A program made the translations under genes and the position numbers. The notes beneath the pieces are model-generated. The model was not told the origin of the DNA, did not search any database, and was given only the letters and a program-made list of their open reading frames with translations. From an uncultured Candidatus Peribacteria bacterium (GTDB taxonomy: Bacteria; Patescibacteriota; Gracilibacteria; GCA-2401425), in assembly GCA_964466055.1 (NCBI GenBank), contig CAYXLW010000003.1, forward strand, positions 371 through 64,370: a stretch of DNA of 64,000 bases. Direction: 5' to 3'. Positions 1 through 9,811 of this stretch are shown in pieces. Each line of letters starts with the position of its first letter. The stretch's first letter is position 1.

Positions 1-618
1 TTAAGAGATGGCGAAAAGATTATTGGGTTAAAAGAGATTACATGGCGAAAAATGATTAAAAATAATATAATATTACAGGTAGAATGTGTTTCTGAAGATT
101 CAAAGATAAAAAAAGATAGTAATAGTGTTTTAACTGGTGAATTTATAACAAATGAAGGAAGGCATTTTGTTTTTATGGGATTTGAAAATGAAAATGATCC
201 TATAACAAAGAAAGTTATACGCAATCCGTATGCTCAGCAACTTTTTTCTGGGGGTTATTACTCAACGAATAATTCAGTATCCTTTTCTATAGAAAATAGA
301 AAGACTCCTAGTGTGATAAAAAATTCTAAAGGATTACAATTTGCTACATTAATTGATATGATAACAATTGCCTTATCAGAAATAGGTCCTTCTGCCAATA
401 ATTGCAAATCAATTTTAAGACTTATGGTAAATGTTAAAGATTTACAATTACCAGAAGATATTAATGATTTTTTTAGAAATAATGAATTGACAGTACGTTT
501 ACTTCAAGAAAAAGGGTGCGGTAGCTCTTCAGGTACTACGATAACTCCTTTTGAATATAACTTTTCTAGTCAAGAAAAAGTTTCTAGAGGATTAGTTGGT
601 GAAAAACGAGATTTTTAA
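1..618 (+). CDS. hypothetical protein, 5' end probably outside the window
   Basis: The frame of ORF 52..618 is open from base 1 (LRDGEKIIGLKEITWRK precedes the first Met). No recognisable motif. Confidence 0.45.
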   Translation, partial: LRDGEKIIGLKEITWRKMIKNNIILQVECVSEDSKIKKDSNSVLTGEFITNEGRHFVFMGFENENDPITKKVIRNPYAQQLFSGGYYSTNNSVSFSIENRKTPSVIKNSKGLQFATLIDMITIALSEIGPSANNCKSILRLMVNVKDLQLPEDINDFFRNNELTVRLLQEKGCGSSSGTTITPFEYNFSSQEKVSRGLVGEKRDF

Positions 619-727
619 ATTTTTATATCATATCTCAGAGTTGCTCCTCAAGGGTTAATAATTTTATTGACAAAAACAATTTCATCTGATTAAATGTCAT
701 TTGTTTTAACGTCCTAGATTTAAAAAA

Positions 728-1863
728 ATGAATAACTCCCGTGCTCCCGTGCTCCTAATATTCTTTCCTTAAATGTTGGATTTTTACATGATGACTTTGA
801 TTTAATAACAAGCGCTTTAAATGCTCAAGGAGTTCATCGTAGACTTGTAAATATACTTGATGAAGATGATTACGGTGAGGCAAGAAAACTTTTAAAAGAA
901 AATGAATTTGATTTAATAGAAACTAGAAATTTACGCAGAGGACAGGAGCTATGGAAAGAAATGAGTCCACATTTAATTGAGATTGAAGCATTAGCAAAAG
1001 AGAAAAGTATTCCAACTATAAATTCTTTTGAGATGATTCGCTGGGTTTTTAATAAAGGAGGATATTTAAAAGAATTAGAGGCTAGAGGTGTTCCAATTGT
1101 TCCAACAAAGACAATAGGGGTTCAAGATGAATTATATTTACCTGACTTTTTAAAAGAGAAAAAGGACGGAGTTGTAATAAAGCCATCAATAGCAGCAAAA
1201 GCATTTGGATTGTTTTTTGTAAGAAAAATTGATGAGACACAATTTGAGGTTTCAGTTCCTTGCGAAAAAACAAAAGATGAATTCCCTCATTTAAAAAAAC
1301 AAATTTTATCAGCCAAAGAATTGCAAGACTATTTTCAAAAATATCTATATTTTCATAGAAATAACGAAACAAATAAAGATCAGCTCATTCTAGTCCAAGA
1401 TTATATCGAAGAAAAAATGGAATACTCCGCCGTAAAAGTTAGAGGCTGGCCTGTTTATTTCATAAAAAGACCAGTTGGAGAAAATACAAATATTGCACAT
1501 GCTCATTTTGGAGGACAGGATATATATGTTCATTCTCCCGATAATGAACTAAAATTTTTTTTTCAAGAAGTTATGGAAAAATTGCCTGATAATATTAAAG
1601 ATGAAACAATTTTTCGAGTTGATATCCTAAACTGTCCTGATAAAAACTTGCTTCTTGAAATAGAAACAGCAAGTCCTAGGCTTTTTAATACTCCAGAGTT
1701 GGCAAATAATTATTATGAATATGCAACAACTCTTGCTGTTGTGGCTAAAAATTCATTTTTAATTTTTAAAGAAATGAATGATAGACGCACTGCTATTAAA
1801 AAAACCTTGGCTCCATCTTTACAAGTTTTGCCAGAAATATTAAGAAATTATATTTTACCCTAA
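728..1863 (+). pseudogene. ATP-grasp family ligase, frameshifted by an 8-bp tandem duplication just after the start codon (intact part is ORF 961..1863)
   Basis: ATP-grasp-like layout (GVVIKPSIAAKAFG, LVQDYIEE..EYSAV, FRVDIL..LLLEIE). The frame is open from 736 with no ATG before 961. ATG at 728 is in another frame and stops at 770-772. Deleting one copy of CCCGTGCT (738-745/746-753) fuses ATG-728 in frame. Confidence 0.55.
738..753. repeat. perfect tandem duplication CCCGTGCT x2
   Basis: Read directly from the sequence: cccgtgct cccgtgct. Confidence 0.95.
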
Positions 1864-2002
1864 AAATGATACAGAAAGTTAAGGTAAGATTATTAATGAG
1901 AAAATACAAATTTAACGACCATTTTTCTGTCTTATTGAATTGTCTGAATTTTGGGGTACACTATAATAATCTCAATCGTGAAAACAGGGTGTTATTTAGA
2001 TA

Positions 2003-2680
2003 TTATTGTTTCCCTAAATGAGTTAAAGTTTCTTCTAACTCACGATACATCCTTATATGTTCCAATCCTAAACTAGTGAGACTAAGAACTTCTTGAATTA
2101 ATTTTTTTACTGTAATCGATTTTTCTCTTATAGACATTCTAGACTTTTGATTTTTTATCTTTCTTAATCCATGAGCAACAACTTTTGAAGCATCAGTGTC
2201 ATTTAAGCCTTTGATTGAAGGAAGTTTCTTCTTGGACATGTCTAATAATTCTAAAATTCTTTCGGAAAAAGAGGTATAATTATCGACATTAAGACATATT
2301 ACATTTTCTTGGTTCATAAAATCTAATATTTTTTTACTAGATGATTCATCCAAGTTTTCACTCGCAATATAAGTCTCCAACATTTTTGTTACATTTCCTC
2401 TGTTTGTATATATTGGACCAATTAAAATTAAAACTTTTTCTTTTAAAGAATTCATTATATCTATAATTTCTAATACATTACTTATTGCTGCTATTTCAAG
2501 AACTATAAGATTAGGGGTTGTTTTCTCTAAATATTCCTTTATTTCTTTTGGTGGATAATTATCAACAGCATCATATTGTACATTAGAAGCTTTTTGAGAA
2601 AGGGACATTTGAATTGCTAACTTGTTCGTTGCATTATCAAAACTTTGACCAATAGCTAAGACTGTTTTTTGTGCTTCCAT
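2003..2680 (-). CDS. hypothetical protein (225 aa)
   Basis: Long ORF directly downstream of and co-oriented with the chorismate-enzyme gene. No motif recognised. Confidence 0.5.
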   Translation of the reverse strand: MEAQKTVLAIGQSFDNATNKLAIQMSLSQKASNVQYDAVDNYPPKEIKEYLEKTTPNLIVLEIAAISNVLEIIDIMNSLKEKVLILIGPIYTNRGNVTKMLETYIASENLDESSSKKILDFMNQENVICLNVDNYTSFSERILELLDMSKKKLPSIKGLNDTDASKVVAHGLRKIKNQKSRMSIREKSITVKKLIQEVLSLTSLGLEHIRMYRELEETLTHLGKQ

Positions 2681-2757
2681 AATTAAGTTTAGTTAAATAG
2701 TTTATCCCCTACTCTTTGTAAAACGTAGTGTATCTTAAAACAAGGCAAATAAGAATG

Positions 2758-4404
2758 TCAAGTTTTTTCTCCCAAAACTTTCTTAATTGCATCAACTTTT
2801 TTGTCTACCTCCTTTCTCTCAAACTCTGGAACCGAATCAAAAACAACTCCAGCGCCAGCTTGAGCGTAGGCATCTTTACCATTAATAAACAAAGAACGAA
2901 TAGAAAGAGCGGCGACTGCTTCACCTGAGAAAGAAAAAAATCCTGCGAATCCTGAATAAGGACCTCTTGGAATTTTTTCCTTTTCATATATCAATTTAAC
3001 AGCCTCAATTCTAGGAGCACCAGAAACTGTCCCCATAGGAAAAGAAGTCATAACTGCATCAAACATGTTTTTATCTTTTGCGAGTTCTCCAGATATATGA
3101 GAAACAATGTGTTGAACATGTGAGAATTTTTTAATGATCTTTAATTTATCAACTTTGACAGTTCCATATTCACAAACTCTTCCTAAGTCATCTCTAGCCA
3201 TATCAACTAACATCATATGTTCTGCGCATTCTTTTTCATCAGCTAATAATTCTTTTTCTAATTTTAAATCTTCTTCGGGTGTTTTCCCTCTGCTTCTTGT
3301 TCCAGCAATGGGGTAAGATTCTACTCTGTTATTTTCTACTCTTGCTACAAGTTCAGGGGAAGACCCTATTAATTGTCTTTCTCCAAATTTTAGAAAAAAC
3401 ATATGAGGAGATGGATTTTGAGCTCGTAATTTTTTATAAATTTCAAGAGTTGATCCAGAAATTTCATAATAATATTTTCGTGTAGGAACTATCTGAAAAA
3501 TATTTCCAGCAACTATTTCTTCTTTCAGCTTCTCAACAATATCTTCAAACTCTTCATCTGTAAAATTTGAGCCTTTTGCTTTAATTTTTTCTTTAGATAA
3601 ATCAATCGGACTTTTTAATATTTCAAATATTTTATTTGAATGATCTTCAAGAAGTGTAAAATATTCTATTTTTTTAGTATGAAGATTGTATCTTATTCCT
3701 TCTAAATAAAGACCAAACTCAAAATCGTAAAAATCTTTATTATCATGAAAAGCTTTTATATTTGGTTCTTTGTATCTATAGGCCTCATACGAAGCATAAC
3801 CAACAAGTCCGCCTTTAAAATCATTTCCTTTTGGTAATAAATCTGAAGGAAAATTTTGTTTTAAAAACTCCCATGGATTTTTATTACAATCAACTTCTTT
3901 ATCATCAATCCAAAGTTTTTCTTTACGAGCTTTTATAATATGCTTAGGACCAAATCCTATATATGAATAACGTGAAAAATCTTTATCATCTCCAAGTGAT
4001 TCTAAAAAGAAAAACGTATCAAAATTAGCATAGACACGAGTAAAAACATCAAAAATGCTTAGATCTAAATCTAATTCTTTAATTTTATATTTTAAGTTTT
4101 TAATATCAAAAATATTAGAATCAACAACTTTTTTTAATCCTAAAACTTTATATTGAACACTCCTACTTTCTTCAAGAATTAATTGAAATACTTTTTCAAC
4201 CAGACTTTCTTTAACACTAAAGTTTTTTGCAATCTTTCGTCTTTCTTTTAGAAGTTCTTTTTCTCTTCCTGGTTGATAAGCTTCTATATTTCTTCCTTTT
4301 TTATACTCAGCAATTTCAATAACAACTTTAAGACGTTTTTCAATTAACTCAATAATTTTAGAATCTATATCATCAATCTGCCTTCTGAAATTAGCAATGT
4401 TCAT
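2758..4404 (-). CDS. fusion protein: N-terminal AroQ-type chorismate mutase-like domain plus TrpE/PabB-family chorismate-binding enzyme (anthranilate / aminodeoxychorismate synthase component I-like)
   Basis: The N-terminal ~90 aa (FRRQIDDIDSKIIELIEKRLKVVIEIAEYKK...PGREKELL) is CM_2-like. The C-terminal part has SPELVARV, YPIAGTRSRG, ECAEHMMLVDMARDDLGRV, FPMGTVSGAPRIEA and AGAGVVFDS, the hallmarks of the TrpE/PabB family. Confidence 0.85.
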   Translation of the reverse strand: MNIANFRRQIDDIDSKIIELIEKRLKVVIEIAEYKKGRNIEAYQPGREKELLKERRKIAKNFSVKESLVEKVFQLILEESRSVQYKVLGLKKVVDSNIFDIKNLKYKIKELDLDLSIFDVFTRVYANFDTFFFLESLGDDKDFSRYSYIGFGPKHIIKARKEKLWIDDKEVDCNKNPWEFLKQNFPSDLLPKGNDFKGGLVGYASYEAYRYKEPNIKAFHDNKDFYDFEFGLYLEGIRYNLHTKKIEYFTLLEDHSNKIFEILKSPIDLSKEKIKAKGSNFTDEEFEDIVEKLKEEIVAGNIFQIVPTRKYYYEISGSTLEIYKKLRAQNPSPHMFFLKFGERQLIGSSPELVARVENNRVESYPIAGTRSRGKTPEEDLKLEKELLADEKECAEHMMLVDMARDDLGRVCEYGTVKVDKLKIIKKFSHVQHIVSHISGELAKDKNMFDAVMTSFPMGTVSGAPRIEAVKLIYEKEKIPRGPYSGFAGFFSFSGEAVAALSIRSLFINGKDAYAQAGAGVVFDSVPEFERKEVDKKVDAIKKVLGEKT

Positions 4405-4425
4405 GAAATTGAAATTAGGGGATTA

Positions 4426-4471
4426 GTCATTCCCGTCACAAAGTGACCACTTAGTGGCTTGTCGGGAATCT
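4426..4471. repeat. REP-like hairpin element (long variant), GTCATTCCCG...CGGGAATCT with two inner mini-hairpins
   Basis: Outer arms ATTCCCGTC / GTCGGGAAT. Inner hairpins are GTCAC-AAA-GTGAC and CCAC-TTA-GTGG. Intergenic. Confidence 0.7.
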
Positions 4472-4535
4472 TAGTATTAATAGATTTGCTAATTTATATT
4501 ATAAATCGATTATGTTTTTATTTTGATTATTATTT

Positions 4536-4559
4536 AGATTCCGAGCAAGTCGGAATGAC
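4536..4559. repeat. REP-like hairpin element AGATTCCGA-GCAAG-TCGGAATGAC
   Basis: 7-bp stem with the same conserved flanks as 61868..61891, in the opposite orientation and with 1 mismatch. Confidence 0.75.
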
Positions 4560-4672
4560 CATTTGCTATTTTAACCCAATATATCAAAAATAAATTTTTA
4601 TTTCAATTTGACCTCAGAAAAACAGAAAAGTATTCTTTTAGTGATTTTTTATCTTTTTAATAACTCCATATT

Positions 4673-5929
4673 ATGATGCAATTTCCTAGGCTTAAAGCTA
4701 CTTTTCCTGAATATTATGAACTTCTTCAAGGAGAAATGAAAAGACAACGAGATGGACTCGAGCTGATTCCTTCTGAAAACTATACTTCACAAGCTGTAAT
4801 TGAAGCGACAGGATCTCATTTTACTAATAAGTATTCAGAAGGATATCCTCATAGAAGATATTATGGAGGGCAAGAATTTACAGATAAAATTGAAGAACAG
4901 GCGATTGAAAAGGCTAAAAAAATATTCAAAGCAGATCATGCTAATGTACAACCTCTTTCAGGTGCTATTATGAATGTGGCAACTTATTTTGCACTACTAG
5001 AACCAGGTGATACAATACTCGGAATGGATCTTTCTCACGGAGGACATTTAACTCATGGACATCCGGTTACTGCAATGTATAAAGTTTTTAATTTTGTTAG
5101 ATACAAAACAGATCAAAGTAAAGGGGGTGTTATTGATTATGATAATTTAAGAGAAATGGCACTTGAACATAAGCCTAAGCTAATACTTGCAGGTTTTTCT
5201 GCATACAGTAGAAATCTTGATTGGAAAAAATTTAAAGAGATTGCAGATGAAGTTGGAGCAATAACTATGGCAGATGTTTCTCATATTGGAGGACTTATTG
5301 CGGGAGAAGCCATTGATAATCCTTTTGACTATGGATTTGATGTTATGACAACTACTACCCATAAATCACTTCGAGGTCCAAGGGGAGGAGTTATTCTTTG
5401 TAAAGAAAAATATGCAAAACAAATTGATAAAGCAATTTTCCCTGGATTACAAGGAGGACCTTTAATGCATAGTATTTTTGCTAAACTTATTTGTTTTGCA
5501 GAAGCTGACACTCCTGAATTTAAAGAGTATTCAAAACAAGTTATTAAAAATGCAAAAGTTTTGTGTGACGAGCTAGTTTCACTTGGATATGTTCCGGTAA
5601 ATGGAGGTACTGAAAATCATCTTATTATGCTTGATGTAACAAAAAATGGGCTTACTGGAAGAGAGGCTGAAACTGCTCTTGATAAAGCAGGAATGACATT
5701 AAACATGAACATGATTCCAGATGATCCACGTAAGCCTCTTGATCCTTCGGGAATTAGATTTGGAACACCTGCAATTACAACTAGGGGAATGAAAGAAGAA
5801 GAAATGAAAAGAATTGCTCATTGGATGGATAGAGTTCTTAACGATTCCAACAATGAAGGACTTCTTAAAAAAGTTCATTCTGAAATTACAGAGATGTGTA
5901 AGGATTTTCCTGTTCCAGGGATTGAATAG
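4673..5929 (+). CDS. glyA: serine hydroxymethyltransferase
   Basis: Full-length match to the SHMT pattern: LIPSENYTS, YYGG, HGGHLTHG, TTTTHKSLRGPRGG (PLP-lysine motif). Confidence 0.97.
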   Translation: MMQFPRLKATFPEYYELLQGEMKRQRDGLELIPSENYTSQAVIEATGSHFTNKYSEGYPHRRYYGGQEFTDKIEEQAIEKAKKIFKADHANVQPLSGAIMNVATYFALLEPGDTILGMDLSHGGHLTHGHPVTAMYKVFNFVRYKTDQSKGGVIDYDNLREMALEHKPKLILAGFSAYSRNLDWKKFKEIADEVGAITMADVSHIGGLIAGEAIDNPFDYGFDVMTTTTHKSLRGPRGGVILCKEKYAKQIDKAIFPGLQGGPLMHSIFAKLICFAEADTPEFKEYSKQVIKNAKVLCDELVSLGYVPVNGGTENHLIMLDVTKNGLTGREAETALDKAGMTLNMNMIPDDPRKPLDPSGIRFGTPAITTRGMKEEEMKRIAHWMDRVLNDSNNEGLLKKVHSEITEMCKDFPVPGIE

Positions 5930-5990
5930 AAATTCTTTTTTTGATTTTATAAAACATCTAGGAATATCTATATAAAATTAATTTGGTAAG

Positions 5991-6986
5991 TTAAACAAAA
6001 TTAATAACTTCAATAGTCGCATCTCCTTCTCTTCCCTTAAGAGATAAAAATTGAGAAGAAGATCCTACTCCTCCTGTAGTTAATACTTGTGTAACTCTTT
6101 TTCCATATTCATCTTTTACAACATAAGGTTTCATGCCATCATTATAAATCTTCCCTAATTCAAAATTTGCCTTAAGTATTCTTTCTTTAAGCCACAGTAT
6201 AAATTGAGATGCCCCATGTGTATGTCCATGCACAGAAAGAGGAAATTTAATATCAGTATCTTTAAGCATTTTTATCATACTTGGCTCATGCGCAAGAAAA
6301 AGATTTAAACCTGAAGCTAAAAACTTATCTCTATTTTTCCCAATAATATTATTTATAGGCACTGTGTCTCCATTTTTTAAATATTTACCATCCTTATCCA
6401 TAACAATAGAACTTCCAATCCCTACTATATTTATATAATTATTGTTTGTATTTAATGTTATACTTTTATTTCTTAGTAGTAAAATTCCAAGATCTTCAAA
6501 GGCCTTACGAACTAAAGGGGCAATTAATACAGAATTATCTTCTTTAAGGGTTATTGTGTCATGATTTCCTAGAATAGCAACAATAGGGCAACCTATTTTC
6601 TTAATTCCTGAAAAAGGTTCTGGATCAAACAGTATTGGGTTTTCACATGCATCTCCAACAAAAAGCACAATATCAGGATTTTGATCAGAACAAGCTTGAA
6701 TCGCTACTCTTGTTGCTTCACGATTTCCATCAAGATGATATTTTTCACTACTAATATGGGTGTCTCCTAAAACAACTATTTTTAAAGGATTTTTAAGTCC
6801 ATATTTTTCTTTAGAGAATTTATATTTTCTTACTTCTAAGCATCTATTTACAGCAAAACTTACCCATGTGCTCGTAACTGTTGCTAAGCTTAAAATTCCA
6901 GATAACGTTAAAAAATATCGTCTGCTCATTTTTGGCTTAGGAACAAATTCATTAGAAAAATTATCTGCTTGTAAAACATTTCCCAC
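5991..6986 (-). CDS. calcineurin-like metallophosphoesterase with twin-arginine-type signal (likely start at Met-20, position 6929)
   Basis: Motifs VVLGDTH, GDACEN, GNHD and HGHTH. The N-terminal MSRRYFLTLSGILSLATV fits the S-R-R-x-F-L Tat motif followed by a hydrophobic region. Confidence 0.8.
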   Translation of the reverse strand: MGNVLQADNFSNEFVPKPKMSRRYFLTLSGILSLATVTSTWVSFAVNRCLEVRKYKFSKEKYGLKNPLKIVVLGDTHISSEKYHLDGNREATRVAIQACSDQNPDIVLFVGDACENPILFDPEPFSGIKKIGCPIVAILGNHDTITLKEDNSVLIAPLVRKAFEDLGILLLRNKSITLNTNNNYINIVGIGSSIVMDKDGKYLKNGDTVPINNIIGKNRDKFLASGLNLFLAHEPSMIKMLKDTDIKFPLSVHGHTHGASQFILWLKERILKANFELGKIYNDGMKPYVVKDEYGKRVTQVLTTGGVGSSSQFLSLKGREGDATIEVINFV

Positions 6987-7013
6987 TTTTTATAATTTAA
7001 ACAGAGATGAAGA

Positions 7014-8459
7014 TTAAAAATGTTTCATGTAAATGTCAAGTCTTCGTAAACTTTCTTCCTTCCCTAAAATCTCCGCAACTTCAAAAGCTCCAGGAGAGGC
7101 TTCTTCTCCTGTCAGCGCAGCTCTTATTGGCCATAGCATTTGTCCGTTTTTCCATCCTAGTTTTTGAATTTTTTCAATAAGTTTTTCTTTTATCGTGTCT
7201 TGAGTGAAATCAGCTTCTTTAATCTTAGAAAAGACATTAATTCCTTCTTCAATAGCTTTTTTTGCGATAGTTCCATCTACTTTCATTTTTTCATGAATCA
7301 ATAAATTTTTATTAACATTAATCTCTTCATAATAAAATTTAATTGAATCTCCTATTTCCGATAGTTTTTTCATTTTTTCTTGAACACTTGATACAACTTT
7401 TTTGAAATAAGCTTCACCTTTTCCATTAATTTTTTCACTAAAAGGTAATTTTTCAATATATGGATTCAGGTTTTCAATAAATTTATCTATTGATAAATTT
7501 CTAATATAAAGACCATTAAGCCACTCTAATTTTTGTAAATCAAAAACAGCTCCTCCTTTATGAACTCTTTCTAATGAAAATTTTTCTATCATTTCTTCAA
7601 GCGTAAACACTTCTTCTTCCGTTCCTGGGTTCCATCCAAGCAAAACTAGAAAATTTAGAAGTGCTTCTGGTAAATATCCTTCTGCTAAATAGTCATCAAC
7701 AGAAACTTTATTTTTACGTTTAGAAAGTTTTGATTTATCTGCATTTAAAATTAGGGGGAAATGAGCAAAATAAGGAACTTCCCATCCTAATGCTTCATAA
7801 ACTAAAACCTGTTTTGGAGTATTTGGAATATGATCCTCTCCTCTTAAAACATGAGTTATATTCATCTCATGATCATCTATAACTACACAAAAATTATAGA
7901 GTGGAGATTCTAAATCTTTTGCAATTACAAAGTCAGAAATATCTTTGGTATTAGTTTTATTCTCTCCTCTAATAATATCATTAAAAATAACCTCTCTATT
8001 TTCTGGTAATTTTATTCTTATAACTGCTTTTTCTCCTGCTTTAATTTTTTTTAATGCTTCATCTTTTGGAAAATCTCTATATTTACCTATGTATCTAGGA
8101 GGAAGCTTTTTTCTTATCTGCTCCTCTTTTTGAGCTTCAAGTTCTTCTGGTGTCATAAAACAATAATAAGCCTTTCCTTCATCTAATAATTTTTGAAGAT
8201 ATTTTTTATATATTTCGGTTCTTTCAGATTGTCGAATTATTGGGGTGTTTTTATCTAACAATTTCATATTTATAAGTCCTGAAACTATATCATCTTCATA
8301 CTCTTTGGTTGATCTTGTCTTATCTGTATCTTCCGACCTAAACACAATTTCTCCTCCATGTTTTTTTGCAAAGAGATAATTATAAAGAGCAGTTCTTAGT
8401 GTTCCTATGTGTAATAATCCTGTTGGCGATGGACAATTTCTTACAATAACTTTTTCCAT
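7014..8459 (-). CDS. gltX: glutamyl-tRNA synthetase
   Basis: SPTGLLHIGTLRTALYNY (HIGH motif) and KLSKRK (KMSKS motif), with class I GluRS layout. Confidence 0.95.
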   Translation of the reverse strand: MEKVIVRNCPSPTGLLHIGTLRTALYNYLFAKKHGGEIVFRSEDTDKTRSTKEYEDDIVSGLINMKLLDKNTPIIRQSERTEIYKKYLQKLLDEGKAYYCFMTPEELEAQKEEQIRKKLPPRYIGKYRDFPKDEALKKIKAGEKAVIRIKLPENREVIFNDIIRGENKTNTKDISDFVIAKDLESPLYNFCVVIDDHEMNITHVLRGEDHIPNTPKQVLVYEALGWEVPYFAHFPLILNADKSKLSKRKNKVSVDDYLAEGYLPEALLNFLVLLGWNPGTEEEVFTLEEMIEKFSLERVHKGGAVFDLQKLEWLNGLYIRNLSIDKFIENLNPYIEKLPFSEKINGKGEAYFKKVVSSVQEKMKKLSEIGDSIKFYYEEINVNKNLLIHEKMKVDGTIAKKAIEEGINVFSKIKEADFTQDTIKEKLIEKIQKLGWKNGQMLWPIRAALTGEEASPGAFEVAEILGKEESLRRLDIYMKHF

Positions 8460-8587
8460 GAAAAATAATCTTTAAAGTATAAATCTCCCTTAAAGACTAC
8501 CTTTGTTTTAAATTAGTTTCAAATGAAATAGCATTGAAATTTTTTCCATAGAAAAACCTCTAAATATTTGATATCTTTCTTTCTGTA

Positions 8588-9730
8588 ATGACAAAAATAT
8601 TAACTCCAATGCAGCGGCAATATTATGAAATAAAAGAACAAAATCCTGAGAGTATTTTGTTATTTAGACTGGGAGATTTTTATGAAATGTTTGATAAGGA
8701 TGCAATAGATGCTAGCAAAATTTTAGGAATAACACTTACGGCTAGAAATAAAGGAAAAGATAATGAAATGAAAATGTGTGGGATTCCTCATCATTCAAGT
8801 GAAAAATATATAAATCAGTTAACCAGAGCAGGAAAAAGAGTTGCGATTTGTGATCAAATTTCAGATCCATCTATGCCGGGAATCGTTGAAAGAGCTGTTA
8901 TAAAAATAATAACTCCTGGAACAATAATTTCAGAAACTGAATTAGATAAAAAAACATCAAATTATCTTCTCTCAATTTTTGAAGGAAAAGAAGGTTACGG
9001 ACTTTCTTATTCCGATATTTCTACAGGTGAATTTTCTGCAACTCAAATAAAAAACTTCGAGCCACTAAAAAATGAAATACAAAGATTAAATCCTTCAGAG
9101 ATATTACTGGAAAAAGATTCTTCATTAATTAAAGAATGCGAGGTACTTTGTTCTAATATTTCATTTTGGCAAAAACCAAAAAATCCTCAAAAGGCATTAC
9201 AAGATTTTTTTAAAATTCCAAATCTAAAAGTTTTTTATATTGAAAATGAAGAAGATGTAATAAATTCAGCATCACTTTTATTGGACTATATTTTAGATAC
9301 TCAAAAAGGAAGTGCTTCTCAGCTCACTAAAATTACAAAATATTCTTTGTCAGATTATATGCCTGTTGATATATCAACGTTACGCAATTTGGAGATTTTT
9401 AACACTATGTATGAGGGTAAATACAAAGGGTCACTTCTCTCAGTTATTGATAAAACTATAACAGCAGGTGGTGGTAGGAAACTTAAGCACTGGTTGCTTA
9501 AGCCCTTAAAAAACATTAAAGACATTAATGAACGATTGGATAAAGTTGAAGCATTTTCTAAGAATCATTCAGAGAGAGCAAAATTAAGAGAAATATTAAA
9601 AGAAACCAGAGATTTAGAGAGACTGCTTGGAAAACTTGCTTCAGGAAAGGGTAATCCTAAAGACCTAGTAGCAATACGTGAAACACTTTCTCTTATTCCT
9701 GAGATTAAGAACATTGTGAAACAATTTTAA
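8588..9730 (+). pseudogene. mutS: truncated DNA mismatch repair protein MutS (N-terminal ~380 aa only)
   Basis: TPMQRQYYEIKEQNPESILLFRLGDFYEMFDKDA is the canonical MutS domain I. The ORF stops at 380 aa, before the clamp and ATPase domains. No continuation exists in any frame before ftsK. Confidence 0.75.
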
Positions 9731-9811
9731 AAGCTCCCAGTATCGGGATATGGAGTTTAATATAAAGATGGTAACTACTCACATATATAAAATTTAATAA
9801 GAAATAAGGAA

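Noticed and set aside
1864-2002. Possible promoter (TTGTCT-N16-TATAAT) firing antisense into ORF 2003..2680
   Set aside because: It is a single weak hexamer match in AT-rich DNA, with no downstream terminator or ORF. This is not enough to call a feature.
4405-4672. ZTP/THF-type riboswitch upstream of glyA
   Set aside because: No conserved riboswitch core (for example the CCGCCTGGGC-type pseudoknot segment) is visible. The structured parts are explained by the REP-like hairpins.
8460-8587. T-box leader upstream of gltX
   Set aside because: The gap is only ~130 nt and is shared with the divergent mutS. It has no specifier or terminator/antiterminator architecture and no conserved T-box sequence.
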